Of a stretch of DNA of 21,847 nt, positions 14,228 through 21,847 are shown piece after piece. The position numbers and the translations under genes were made by a program. The notes beneath the pieces are model-generated. The model was not told the origin of the DNA and ran no database searches. It saw only the letters and a list, made by a program, of their open reading frames with translations. Origin of the DNA: an uncultured virus (IMG/VR IMGVR_UViG_3300031834_000003) (Duplodnaviria; Heunggongvirae; Uroviricota; Caudoviricetes). Position 1 is the stretch's first letter; every line of letters begins with the position of its first letter. The DNA lies in the IMG/VR virus record IMGVR_UViG_3300031834_000003, one strand, 5' to 3'.

Positions 14228-15000
14228 CCATCTTTGATAATCTGAACGTCTGGATAAAGGGAGTAGAAGCATCTCTAGTCAACTTTCTGAGTGCTTTTGT
14301 TCCTTGGTGCGCTCCTCTCGCTCCAGCCTATTTATCCTACACCCACATGATTAACGAGCTTGGTTTCCCTCAATGGGTTGCTCTAGCAGTTGCTTTTGTT
14401 GTTGAGGGATTAGGGCTTGCGACTATCAGTACTGCTATGTCGTTCTGGTCCCACAATAGGAAATACACCTCGACTGAGCGTCATGCACCAATAATGGTTC
14501 CTATAGCAGCTTTCATCAGCTACCTCGCCATTATCATGACCCTGAACGTCTTGATTGAGATAGCAAAGATACCATCTGCAAATTTAGATATCCAATGGGT
14601 GAGAGTAGTAGCTTTTGCATTGCTGGCATTCTTCAGTGTTCCAGCAGCTGTCACACTCGCAGTACGCACTCAGCATAAAGAATTGATTGACGAGCTTTCT
14701 GAAGAGCGTGAATACAGGCGTCTTGAACGTCGTAGGCAGCGTGTTCAAGTTGAACAAATTGGTAAAGTTGAACACCAAGTTGAACAGGTTCACTCGAAAT
14801 CTCAGGATGTTTATGACTGGCTAACTGCCAATGATAAGGTAAGTCATTGGAAAAATCATAATGAGGTTCCGAGTGCCAGAGAAATCGTTTCTGAGTTTGC
14901 TACTTACAATCAGTCTATCAACCCCAGTTCTGCTCAGAACGGGCGAGACCGGTGGATAAGAGACAGAGAGAAAGGACGCCTCGAGGCTAATCGTGGATAG
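14224..15000 (+). CDS. Membrane protein (4 TM plus coiled coil and possible C-terminal HTH; DUF2637-like)
   Basis: TM-rich N-half, charged helix and PSAREI motif. Confidence 0.65.
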   Translation: MTIFDNLNVWIKGVEASLVNFLSAFVPWCAPLAPAYLSYTHMINELGFPQWVALAVAFVVEGLGLATISTAMSFWSHNRKYTSTERHAPIMVPIAAFISYLAIIMTLNVLIEIAKIPSANLDIQWVRVVAFALLAFFSVPAAVTLAVRTQHKELIDELSEEREYRRLERRRQRVQVEQIGKVEHQVEQVHSKSQDVYDWLTANDKVSHWKNHNEVPSAREIVSEFATYNQSINPSSAQNGRDRWIRDREKGRLEANRG

Positions 15001-15002
15001 AT

Positions 15003-16529
15003 ATGGGATATCTGACCGCAGGTGATAAACAGATGCTCCCTATTGCACTTAGGGAGAATAGATGCTTTCATATCGCTTGCGGTTGGTACTTTCGAGGCTG
15101 GCAGCCTCTTCCATATCAATATGCCATTCACCAAGCTGTTTCACCTAATCTAACTGAAATCTGGGGGGTTGGCGCCGGTAAGACAGTCCTAGAGACTGCT
15201 TCAATGGCAATCGACTGTATAACTACTCCCTGGTTCAGAGCATTGACTACATCTATAACTGCTAAGCAAGCCGAGCTATCCTATGATGTATTCATGCAAT
15301 GGATGCAAGGAAATCCACATCTTGAGCACCTCGTAATTGATATGAGGAAGAAACCCTGGCCGTGGGTTCAGTTTTACAACTATGCTGAGTGGGAGTGGCG
15401 TACATCAGGTTTTGGTGAGCAAGGCGCTAAGCTTATCCGTGGTGATGAGTTTGACCGTATCTTACGAGATGAGGCAGGCTTTGACCCAGTAGACGATTGT
15501 ATCAAGGTCTTACGTACTCGCTTGCGTGGAAAGCGTCCAGACGGTACACCTCGTATGGGAAGGCTAGACGTAGTATCCACTCCAACAGACGTACTATGGC
15601 TAAGGCAGCGCTTCGAGAGGGGTATCCCTGGACATCATACCTTTGTACTCAGCGAGAATAAGATACCGATGTATCTATCCTCGCAAGTCACTACCTATCA
15701 GAATACTCATCTTTCGAAACAAGATATCGAGGCGATGGAAGCTGAGTTGTCTGATGAAGAGATAGAGGTTGAGATGCTAGGTAATTGGCCTACTTATGGA
15801 TTAGCCAGGTTCCCTGCTACACATGTGAGAGCTTGTATTGATTACAATCTACTCAATACAGCTTACGAAAAGATTAGACCAGAATCAGGAAATCCTGCCG
15901 CAGGGTGGGATATACAGGAACATGCCAGACATGGTGTCATTAAATGGGAAATGCCTTATACCCCAGACGGTATCTATATTATGGCTGGAGACCCCGGTTC
16001 CGGTAACTTTCCAGAAAGGGGGAGTGCCCCTATCGGTGTTTTGGACATCTCACACAATCCATGGACCCTGGTGTATTTTGAATGGGTCTCTGGCACAGGT
16101 TCTATTACCCCCTTCCTCGAGAGATACGATTATGCTCGCAGAAAATACCGCCCAATGCACAAAGTACTTGATACCACTGGAGACCAAAAGTGGATGCAGG
16201 AAATTGCCTTCTATCGTCAGAGTATTGAGACAGATGGAATTAACTTTGGCGCTGATAAGAAGGCAATGATAAACGTTCTCCAGGATACCATTACCAGTCA
16301 TGACTTCAGAATGCCCTACATTCGGGGAATAGAGCGACAACTCACCTCGTATGACCCAGACCTCGATACCAAGAAGAATAAAATCCCCCAAGACATTGTA
16401 ATGATGATGGCAATGCTGATGTTTGTAGCCCAGTCAGCTACTGCTAATCAGATGACCAAAGAAACTCACGACCAGTACAATTACAATCGGCATAACAGAG
16501 CAAGCTACTCGAGACGGAGGCGAAGATGA
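15003..16529 (+). CDS. terL: Terminase large subunit
   Basis: Walker A GVGAGKT, Walker B IRGDEFDRILRDEA, VSTP coupling motif, TYQNTHL, and RNase H-like AGDPG...QDIVM. Confidence 0.92.
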   Translation: MGYLTAGDKQMLPIALRENRCFHIACGWYFRGWQPLPYQYAIHQAVSPNLTEIWGVGAGKTVLETASMAIDCITTPWFRALTTSITAKQAELSYDVFMQWMQGNPHLEHLVIDMRKKPWPWVQFYNYAEWEWRTSGFGEQGAKLIRGDEFDRILRDEAGFDPVDDCIKVLRTRLRGKRPDGTPRMGRLDVVSTPTDVLWLRQRFERGIPGHHTFVLSENKIPMYLSSQVTTYQNTHLSKQDIEAMEAELSDEEIEVEMLGNWPTYGLARFPATHVRACIDYNLLNTAYEKIRPESGNPAAGWDIQEHARHGVIKWEMPYTPDGIYIMAGDPGSGNFPERGSAPIGVLDISHNPWTLVYFEWVSGTGSITPFLERYDYARRKYRPMHKVLDTTGDQKWMQEIAFYRQSIETDGINFGADKKAMINVLQDTITSHDFRMPYIRGIERQLTSYDPDLDTKKNKIPQDIVMMMAMLMFVAQSATANQMTKETHDQYNYNRHNRASYSRRRRR

Positions 16530-16738
16530 AACGCATAATAATTGATATGGCAGAAAATGGTTTTATTGCCTTTGACAATTCGGGAAGTTCTGGAACTTTC
16601 GTTTTTAACGAGGAAGAGCAGTTATTTGAATATATTAGGAAGTTACACGATGAATATCTCGATTTGACAGGTGTAACTATATCGGATGAAGTAATGAAAC
16701 GCAGACTTAAAGAAAACATGCAAGATAAAAATGCCTAA
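16526..16738 (+). CDS. Hypothetical protein
   Basis: 70 aa, ATGA overlap, GGAGG RBS. Confidence 0.7.
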   Translation: MKRIIIDMAENGFIAFDNSGSSGTFVFNEEEQLFEYIRKLHDEYLDLTGVTISDEVMKRRLKENMQDKNA

Positions 16739-17180
16739 TGGTAAAAGTCATACTATAGCAACTTTCGCTACGCATGGAGCCGTTATAGCTCTTATGCTTT
16801 ATTACTATCGCATTTTTCTTGCACAAGAATTATTCGGGATATCCATTGGGTTCCTTATTACTCTCTATATCAATCCAGACATGGACTTGCGTAGAAGGTT
16901 TCCTAGACAGAGACCAATTGAATGGTTGCCTTGGCTTTTTACCTGGCCTTACTCTCGCATTACTTACCATCGTTCCTTATTGTCCCATGGACCTGTTATA
17001 GGTACAGCATTCCGTATTTTTTATATCTGCGCACCCATTTGGGTGCTTTTTTATTTTGCTAAGATAGACATCTCCCCTGTATATCCCATACTTCCCTGGG
17101 TTGCCCTAGGAATGGTGATTTCAGATACAATCCATGTGATATTAGACATAACAGTAACATCGGTGCGGAGGTCGTTATGA
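16731..17180 (+). CDS. DUF2227-like membrane metal-binding protein / putative hydrolase
   Basis: MPNGKSH, PDMD, HRSLLSHGPVIGT and SDTIH..LD motifs. Confidence 0.82.
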   Translation: MPNGKSHTIATFATHGAVIALMLYYYRIFLAQELFGISIGFLITLYINPDMDLRRRFPRQRPIEWLPWLFTWPYSRITYHRSLLSHGPVIGTAFRIFYICAPIWVLFYFAKIDISPVYPILPWVALGMVISDTIHVILDITVTSVRRSL

Positions 17181-17407
17181 AGTTTCTATTTCAATGCCAG
17201 AAGTGTAGAGAAATCTATGAGGTAGAAGGGAAGATTGGAACCTCTCCTAATCCTCCACGCTTTGGTAATCTTTGCGAGTGTGGTGGAGTTATTACACGCA
17301 GATTTACACCTCTCGCAGACCATTGGTACACCTCGGGAGTTTACAAGACCGATAAGGCACTCTATCCAACAGGAGGGGACAATGACACAGACAGGTATGA
17401 CAAGTAA
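17177..17407 (+). CDS. FmdB-like zinc-ribbon protein
   Basis: FQCQKC...CECGG..TRRFTP......SGVYKTD. Confidence 0.75.
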   Translation: MKFLFQCQKCREIYEVEGKIGTSPNPPRFGNLCECGGVITRRFTPLADHWYTSGVYKTDKALYPTGGDNDTDRYDK

Positions 17408-17457
17408 GATTTATACTCGCGACTATCGGAAGCGTTAGTTGACAGGAGTATTACCAT

Positions 17458-17739
17458 ATGGTAACATTTATTGTACAAGTATCCCTTGAAGTCAAAGATT
17501 TAATCGGAGCAATCCGAAAAATCGAGTACGGGACACTTGACAATGTGGAGATAGAAGATGCTGAAGGTAAAAAAGTAAACGTCGAGGTCAATGAAGCAAC
17601 CAAGCGATTGGTGGACATCATTCAAGGTGGTAATAACTTTTTTAGCAGCATTCGGATAGTAAGTTCATCTCCAGTTTTTGTGGAACAAGATTTTGAATAT
17701 AAAGGCTTCAAGGGAATAAAACAAATCAAGTTAGGTTAA
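17458..17739 (+). CDS. Hypothetical protein, DUF2292/YezD-like
   Basis: LIGAIRKIEYGTLDNVEI... and C-terminal KQIKL; GGAG RBS. Family resemblance is by eye only. Confidence 0.55.
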   Translation: MVTFIVQVSLEVKDLIGAIRKIEYGTLDNVEIEDAEGKKVNVEVNEATKRLVDIIQGGNNFFSSIRIVSSSPVFVEQDFEYKGFKGIKQIKLG

Positions 17740-17761
17740 ACAAGTTGGACATTCCGACTGG

Positions 17762-17790
17762 AAAACCAGAGGCAATCCCTCTGGTTTTTG
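17762..17790 (+). terminator. Intrinsic terminator immediately upstream of the portal gene
   Basis: AAAACCAGAGG-CAATC-CCTCTGGTTTTTG. Confidence 0.8.
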
Positions 17791-17794
17791 TATT

Positions 17795-19411
17795 ATGGGC
17801 TTAGAATTATTTAGTGATGTCCTAAACTGGTCACAAGATATATCCCCTCAAACAATCCAAACTTGGGAGAGCGAGTATCTTCTGCGTGCTGAACGCAGAA
17901 GGTATTTTACTGGGGAAATATTCAAAGAAAAAATTGAATCGGATGCACCCAGTTCAGATGACCCCGAGTTGTTTCCAATCGGTCTCAATTTAGTAAAGAT
18001 GTTGTGTCAAACGCAAGCTGATAGTCTATTCGGAGCCTGGGAAGAGAATGTAGTTACTTTTGAGCCTCCTCAGAACAGAGTAGTAGATACTGCGGATAAA
18101 GAGGCTTCAGAGCTTGCCCAGACCATTCTTCGCTCTAATAACGCTAACTCCCAGCTATGGGAGTTGGCGGTTGACCGAGAGATATACGGGGGAAGTGTTC
18201 TAAAGATTTCACCGGCATTTGGTTCAGCAAAAGTACCTGGCTTCATTCGTTGGAGCCGCATTCCAATCGATAGCTTTTATCCAATCTGGGACCCTGACGA
18301 TTTAGATACCTTACTCGAGGTCTATGTAGTTGTAGCAATGACCCGTGAGCAGGCGAAGGCTAAATATGGTTATAGCGCTTCGAAAGATATCGTCAATCGG
18401 GTTGAGCACTGGACACAAACAGAATACACGAACCGATTGGATGAGACCCCATTAGAAGAGTACTCCGGGCAGAACCCATGGGGATTTGTACCTTACGAAT
18501 TCATTCCTCGTCTACGGACTACACATTACTATGGAGATAGTCTTACTGAAGACATCATACGTATTCAAGACGAGCTTAACATGCGAGTGGCTGATTTAGG
18601 GGAGGCTGTCAACTACAACTCTCATCCTATCCGATATGGTTACAACCTCCCCAAGTCTTTCAATACTCAAAACTATCCAGTAGGAGCTAACATACTCTGG
18701 GACTTAGGTAAGACCCTCGGTGCATCCAATCCTCCAGTAGTAGGAATACTGGAGGCAAAGAACCCACTTCCAACTGGTACATTCGATTACATCAAGTTTG
18801 TTTACGACTGGGGACTTACCAGCGAGAACACTCCTCCTATTGCTTTAGGTCTCGAGGAAACCAGTCAACGTACTGGTGTATCCCTCGAGGTCAAGATGTA
18901 TCCACTCATTAGAGCAACCTCACGCAGTCGTGGTTATTTTGGTTCTGGTCTATCCAGAGCAATGGCTAAGAGCGCCATGATACTGGACCAGAAAGATATC
19001 TCAGTTGATTTAGGGGGAGCTACTAAACGAGCTCTAAAGAAACTAATCAATCGTGAACTAATCCCCCATTTTGCATCCATCCTCCCTCGTGACAAAGCTG
19101 CCATAACAGACCAAGTACAGAAAGAATTAGCAACTGTACCACCTACCATAAGTCTGGAGACTGCCGTAAAGGAACTAGGACATGGTACTTCAGAGGTAGG
19201 AAGAATTATCGAGATGCTAAATGATGACGATTTGTACAAGCGCTCTCCTGGGGAAGTACAGAAAGAACTCCTGGAGCAGCAAGCAGAGAACACAATAATT
19301 CAGCAAGAAAAGCAATCGGTTCTACGGCAAGAGGAGCAGAAGGCAAAACCAAAGGGGATGAATGCGGCTACCGGAAACAATCCTAACGAAGGAGGTCAAG
19401 GTGCTCGCTAA
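17795..19411 (+). CDS. Portal protein (SPP1 gp6-like)
   Basis: 538 aa, downstream of terL; NLVKMLC...LFG, NPWGFVP, YGDSLTEDII.IQDELN and TGVSLE motifs. Confidence 0.88.
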   Translation: MGLELFSDVLNWSQDISPQTIQTWESEYLLRAERRRYFTGEIFKEKIESDAPSSDDPELFPIGLNLVKMLCQTQADSLFGAWEENVVTFEPPQNRVVDTADKEASELAQTILRSNNANSQLWELAVDREIYGGSVLKISPAFGSAKVPGFIRWSRIPIDSFYPIWDPDDLDTLLEVYVVVAMTREQAKAKYGYSASKDIVNRVEHWTQTEYTNRLDETPLEEYSGQNPWGFVPYEFIPRLRTTHYYGDSLTEDIIRIQDELNMRVADLGEAVNYNSHPIRYGYNLPKSFNTQNYPVGANILWDLGKTLGASNPPVVGILEAKNPLPTGTFDYIKFVYDWGLTSENTPPIALGLEETSQRTGVSLEVKMYPLIRATSRSRGYFGSGLSRAMAKSAMILDQKDISVDLGGATKRALKKLINRELIPHFASILPRDKAAITDQVQKELATVPPTISLETAVKELGHGTSEVGRIIEMLNDDDLYKRSPGEVQKELLEQQAENTIIQQEKQSVLRQEEQKAKPKGMNAATGNNPNEGGQGAR

Positions 19412-19607
19412 GAAGAAAACCAAAAAGAAAAAGAAATCAGGTATCCATATCAAGGAAAGCAAGAAGGGTACCTTTACAAAGTGGTGCAAAGCACACGGGT
19501 TTAGCGGCGCTAATAGTTCTTGTGTAGCAGCCGGTAAGAAAAATAAGAGTGCTGCAATCCGAAAGAAAGCGAATTTTGCGGGAGCAGCAAAGAAGTGGAA
19601 ACACTAG
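19401..19607 (+). CDS. Small highly basic protein (GTG start)
   Basis: GGAGG RBS at 19391; Lys-rich, IHIKESKKGTFT...RKKANFA. Confidence 0.75.
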   Translation: MLAKKKTKKKKKSGIHIKESKKGTFTKWCKAHGFSGANSSCVAAGKKNKSAAIRKKANFAGAAKKWKH

Positions 19608-19620
19608 AAAGGAGTGAGGT

Positions 19621-19950
19621 ATGTCGCTTACAAGGAAATGCGCTACTGGTGCTGCGGCACTATCAATGACGGTGCCTGCTCCAGCAGCCGGTGGAGAACT
19701 GAAAGGTGTGTATGTGCATGTTAGCGTCGCTCAAGGAGGCGCTGGCAATATCACCATCAAGTATGTAGGTGATAGTGCAGCTTACACCACGGTTCTTTAT
19801 ACACTTACAATGCAAGCTGTAACTGACCTTTATATTTCCAGCGTACCGGCATACATCGCTCCGGGAACCTCGCTCCTCATCGAGTGGGCTAACGCTGAAG
19901 GCAAAACCTATGGAGTTACCGCTGTAGTTGAGCGGAATTCCCCTGGTTAG
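19621..19950 (+). CDS. Small beta-rich putative virion protein
   Basis: 109 aa, Ala/Gly/Thr/Val-rich, located in the head module. Confidence 0.65.
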   Translation: MSLTRKCATGAAALSMTVPAPAAGGELKGVYVHVSVAQGGAGNITIKYVGDSAAYTTVLYTLTMQAVTDLYISSVPAYIAPGTSLLIEWANAEGKTYGVTAVVERNSPG

Positions 19951-19993
19951 TATTCTCGAGTCTTGTGACTAAAGGATGAAGGAGTAACGAAAA

Positions 19994-21433
19994 ATGGCTT
20001 ACTTAACTGCTGGAAAGATTACAACGATTGTAAATCTCCTCAAAGCAAGTCTGTTCAAATCCTCGATGACCACTGTGCTCACCGAGGTTGCCGCGGCTAT
20101 TGCTGCCGACGCTGGTAGTCTGGGTGATGTTCCTGCCGTAAAAGGCGTTACCGAGGCAAGTAAGTTGCTGGCGGTTGGCGCCGACAAGCATATCGATACC
20201 TTTGCTATTACCGAAGGTGGTCTCAAGATTGGTGCTGGTGCCGGTACCGCTATGACTGCCAGTGCTGCTGAGTTGAACTTCAACGACGGTCCTTCCGTTG
20301 GCGTGGCTATGGCAAGCAAAACCGCTGTGCTTGGCACCGACAAGAACCTCGATGAACTTCACCTCGCCAAGCTGTTCCTGGGTGCTGGTGCTGGTACAGA
20401 GATGACCTCGACTGCGGCTCAACTGAATTCCATCCCTGCCAGTAAAGGTCGCAAAGCTACCGGTCAGTTACGTGTAGCTGCTGCGGTTGTTGATGCTGAG
20501 ACCGTGACTATTGGCGCAGATGTCTACGAGGTTGATACTCGTGACGTTTCTCACGTCACTGCTGGTCGTGTTCGCCTCAATCTGAGTGCTGGTAGTACCG
20601 TCAAAGCGCAGGGCAAGCTAACCATCGCTGAGCCTGTGACCGCTGGTGACACTATCGTCATCGGCACAAAGACGTACACCTTCGTCCCGAAGAACACTGC
20701 GGGTGCTGATGGCGAAATCGACATGGGTGATAGTGAAGCCCATACCAAACTGAATATCGTCATTGCCCTGAAGGGTGGCGCAACCTGGACCGCTGGTGGC
20801 GCAAACGCCAATCCCGCAAGTGCTTTCGTTACTTGTGGTGCCGCATTTGCTGGCGACGACCTCGTTGTGACTGCTATCGCTGGTGGAATCAAACCTGACG
20901 TTCCTACAACCGAGGGTCTGACCCACATCAGCAACATCTGGGACGGTGTTATTCTTGGTACTGAACGGATTGGCGTTGAACCTACTGCTGGCGAGTTCAC
21001 GACTGCGCTGGTAGCTGCAATCAACGACCCCGCTCGTACCGAGAATGTGACCGCAATCCGTGTCAGTGCCAATGTTGTTCTGGTTTACCACGACATCATC
21101 GGTCCTGACGCAACGGCTACAACCGAGACGCTGTCTGGCGTCAACAATGCTTGGGATGCTGCGGCACTTCACGACGGTGCTCTTGCGAGTTCTCTGTCGT
21201 TAGCTGCAATCGCACGTGTTCCAAATGCGGTTGAGGTTGCAACTGATTACCTGCTTGTTCCTCTCGACTTTGTTCCTACTGCGGTTGTGATTGATGTTCG
21301 TACAACTGCAACTGGTGCTAAGGTAGCCTGGAATGGTGGCTGCACCATCCTCGCTTCTGGTCTTCAGATTGACAACTTGTCAACTGTTGACTGGTCTGCC
21401 GCCGAGACGCTTTACATCTTGGCGTGGGCATAA
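19994..21433 (+). CDS. Virion structural protein (fiber/decoration-like) with internal repeats
   Basis: 479 aa, Ala/Gly/Thr-rich, biased codon use, repeated motifs. Confidence 0.75.
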   Translation: MAYLTAGKITTIVNLLKASLFKSSMTTVLTEVAAAIAADAGSLGDVPAVKGVTEASKLLAVGADKHIDTFAITEGGLKIGAGAGTAMTASAAELNFNDGPSVGVAMASKTAVLGTDKNLDELHLAKLFLGAGAGTEMTSTAAQLNSIPASKGRKATGQLRVAAAVVDAETVTIGADVYEVDTRDVSHVTAGRVRLNLSAGSTVKAQGKLTIAEPVTAGDTIVIGTKTYTFVPKNTAGADGEIDMGDSEAHTKLNIVIALKGGATWTAGGANANPASAFVTCGAAFAGDDLVVTAIAGGIKPDVPTTEGLTHISNIWDGVILGTERIGVEPTAGEFTTALVAAINDPARTENVTAIRVSANVVLVYHDIIGPDATATTETLSGVNNAWDAAALHDGALASSLSLAAIARVPNAVEVATDYLLVPLDFVPTAVVIDVRTTATGAKVAWNGGCTILASGLQIDNLSTVDWSAAETLYILAWA

Positions 21434-21441
21434 GAAAATAA

Positions 21442-21463
21442 GCCCGAGGGGAAACCCTCGGGC
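21442..21463. terminator. GAAA-capped hairpin
   Basis: GCCCGAGGG-GAAA-CCCTCGGGC, with a U-tract only on the minus strand. Confidence 0.6.
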
Positions 21464-21486
21464 ATTAGAAAAACGGGAGACAGAAA

Positions 21487-21847
21487 ATGCCTGAAACAAC
21501 TGAGCAGCAAGAAACAACACCGGAAACCCCTGTTACTCCTCCGGTTGTACCTCCTGCACAGCCTGCGAAGATTTCCGAGGACTGGGAAGCTCGCTACAAA
21601 GGAACTTCCACAGTCATCAATCGCTTGAATGCTGAGACTGCCGAATGGAAGACTAAATATGAGCAAGCCCTCGCTGATGCTGAGCAGCTTCGCTCACAGG
21701 TCAACCTGAAAGACGTGGAAAAAACAGTCGCAGTTGGAGAGCGAGATAAGCAACTATCCGAACTGGTAAAGGCTAAGACCGAACTCGAGTCCGAAATCAC
21801 TAGCTTACGTGCTCTAAAGCGTAAGTTAGACATTGCTAAAGAGCTTG
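21487..21847 (+). CDS. Capsid scaffolding protein (partial, runs off window)
   Basis: MPETTEQQ...Pro-rich N-terminus, DWEARYKG motif, long coiled coil, GGAG RBS, position after portal. Confidence 0.75.
   Translation, partial: MPETTEQQETTPETPVTPPVVPPAQPAKISEDWEARYKGTSTVINRLNAETAEWKTKYEQALADAEQLRSQVNLKDVEKTVAVGERDKQLSELVKAKTELESEITSLRALKRKLDIAKEL

Noticed and set aside
586..16635. Self-targeting: single-spacer 9-mer matches at 586-594 (CAACCAAAA), 4111-4119 (TCTTTGACA) and 16627-16635 (TGAATATAT)
   Set aside because: The partner spacer does not match the adjacent 9 bp, and a few 9-mer hits are expected by chance for 26 spacers in 22 kb. The scan was by eye and not exhaustive.
18070..21833. 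Minus-strand ORFs within the portal and structural genes, and other antisense ORFs in the track
   Set aside because: They are shadow frames of well-supported genes, with no RBS or recognisable motifs.

Overview
This is a fragment of a tailed dsDNA phage genome. The SSB sequence style suggests a Chloroflexota (Anaerolineae-like) host, which is inference. Bases 1-7430 are a leftward early/replication arm of small genes, including SSB, tRNA-His, a tRNA-like element within a structured RNA cluster, and SWIM and DUF1360-like proteins. A G-rich divergence point at about 7500-7650 may be the genome end or packaging site. Bases 7680-12370 hold accessory genes (LexA-like HTH fusion, papain-like peptidase, topoisomerase Zn-ribbon) and a candidate small-RNA cluster. 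Bases 12560-21847 are a rightward late arm: holin, HNH, terminase large subunit, portal, structural proteins and the start of a scaffold protein. The main finding is an RNA-guided TIGR-Tas-type module. A nuclease-less Nop/IS110-RNA-binding-domain protein (TasA-like, 1499-2188, minus strand) is followed directly by 13 units of exact 36-nt period with dual repeats and dual spacers (AGCGAGCCA-N9-AGTAAMCCA-N9). The whole module is flanked by a 20-bp direct repeat. Other signals are a 14-bp palindromic operator-like motif at six sites and a terminator/antiterminator switch in front of the portal gene. All calls were made by eye and no database searches were run.
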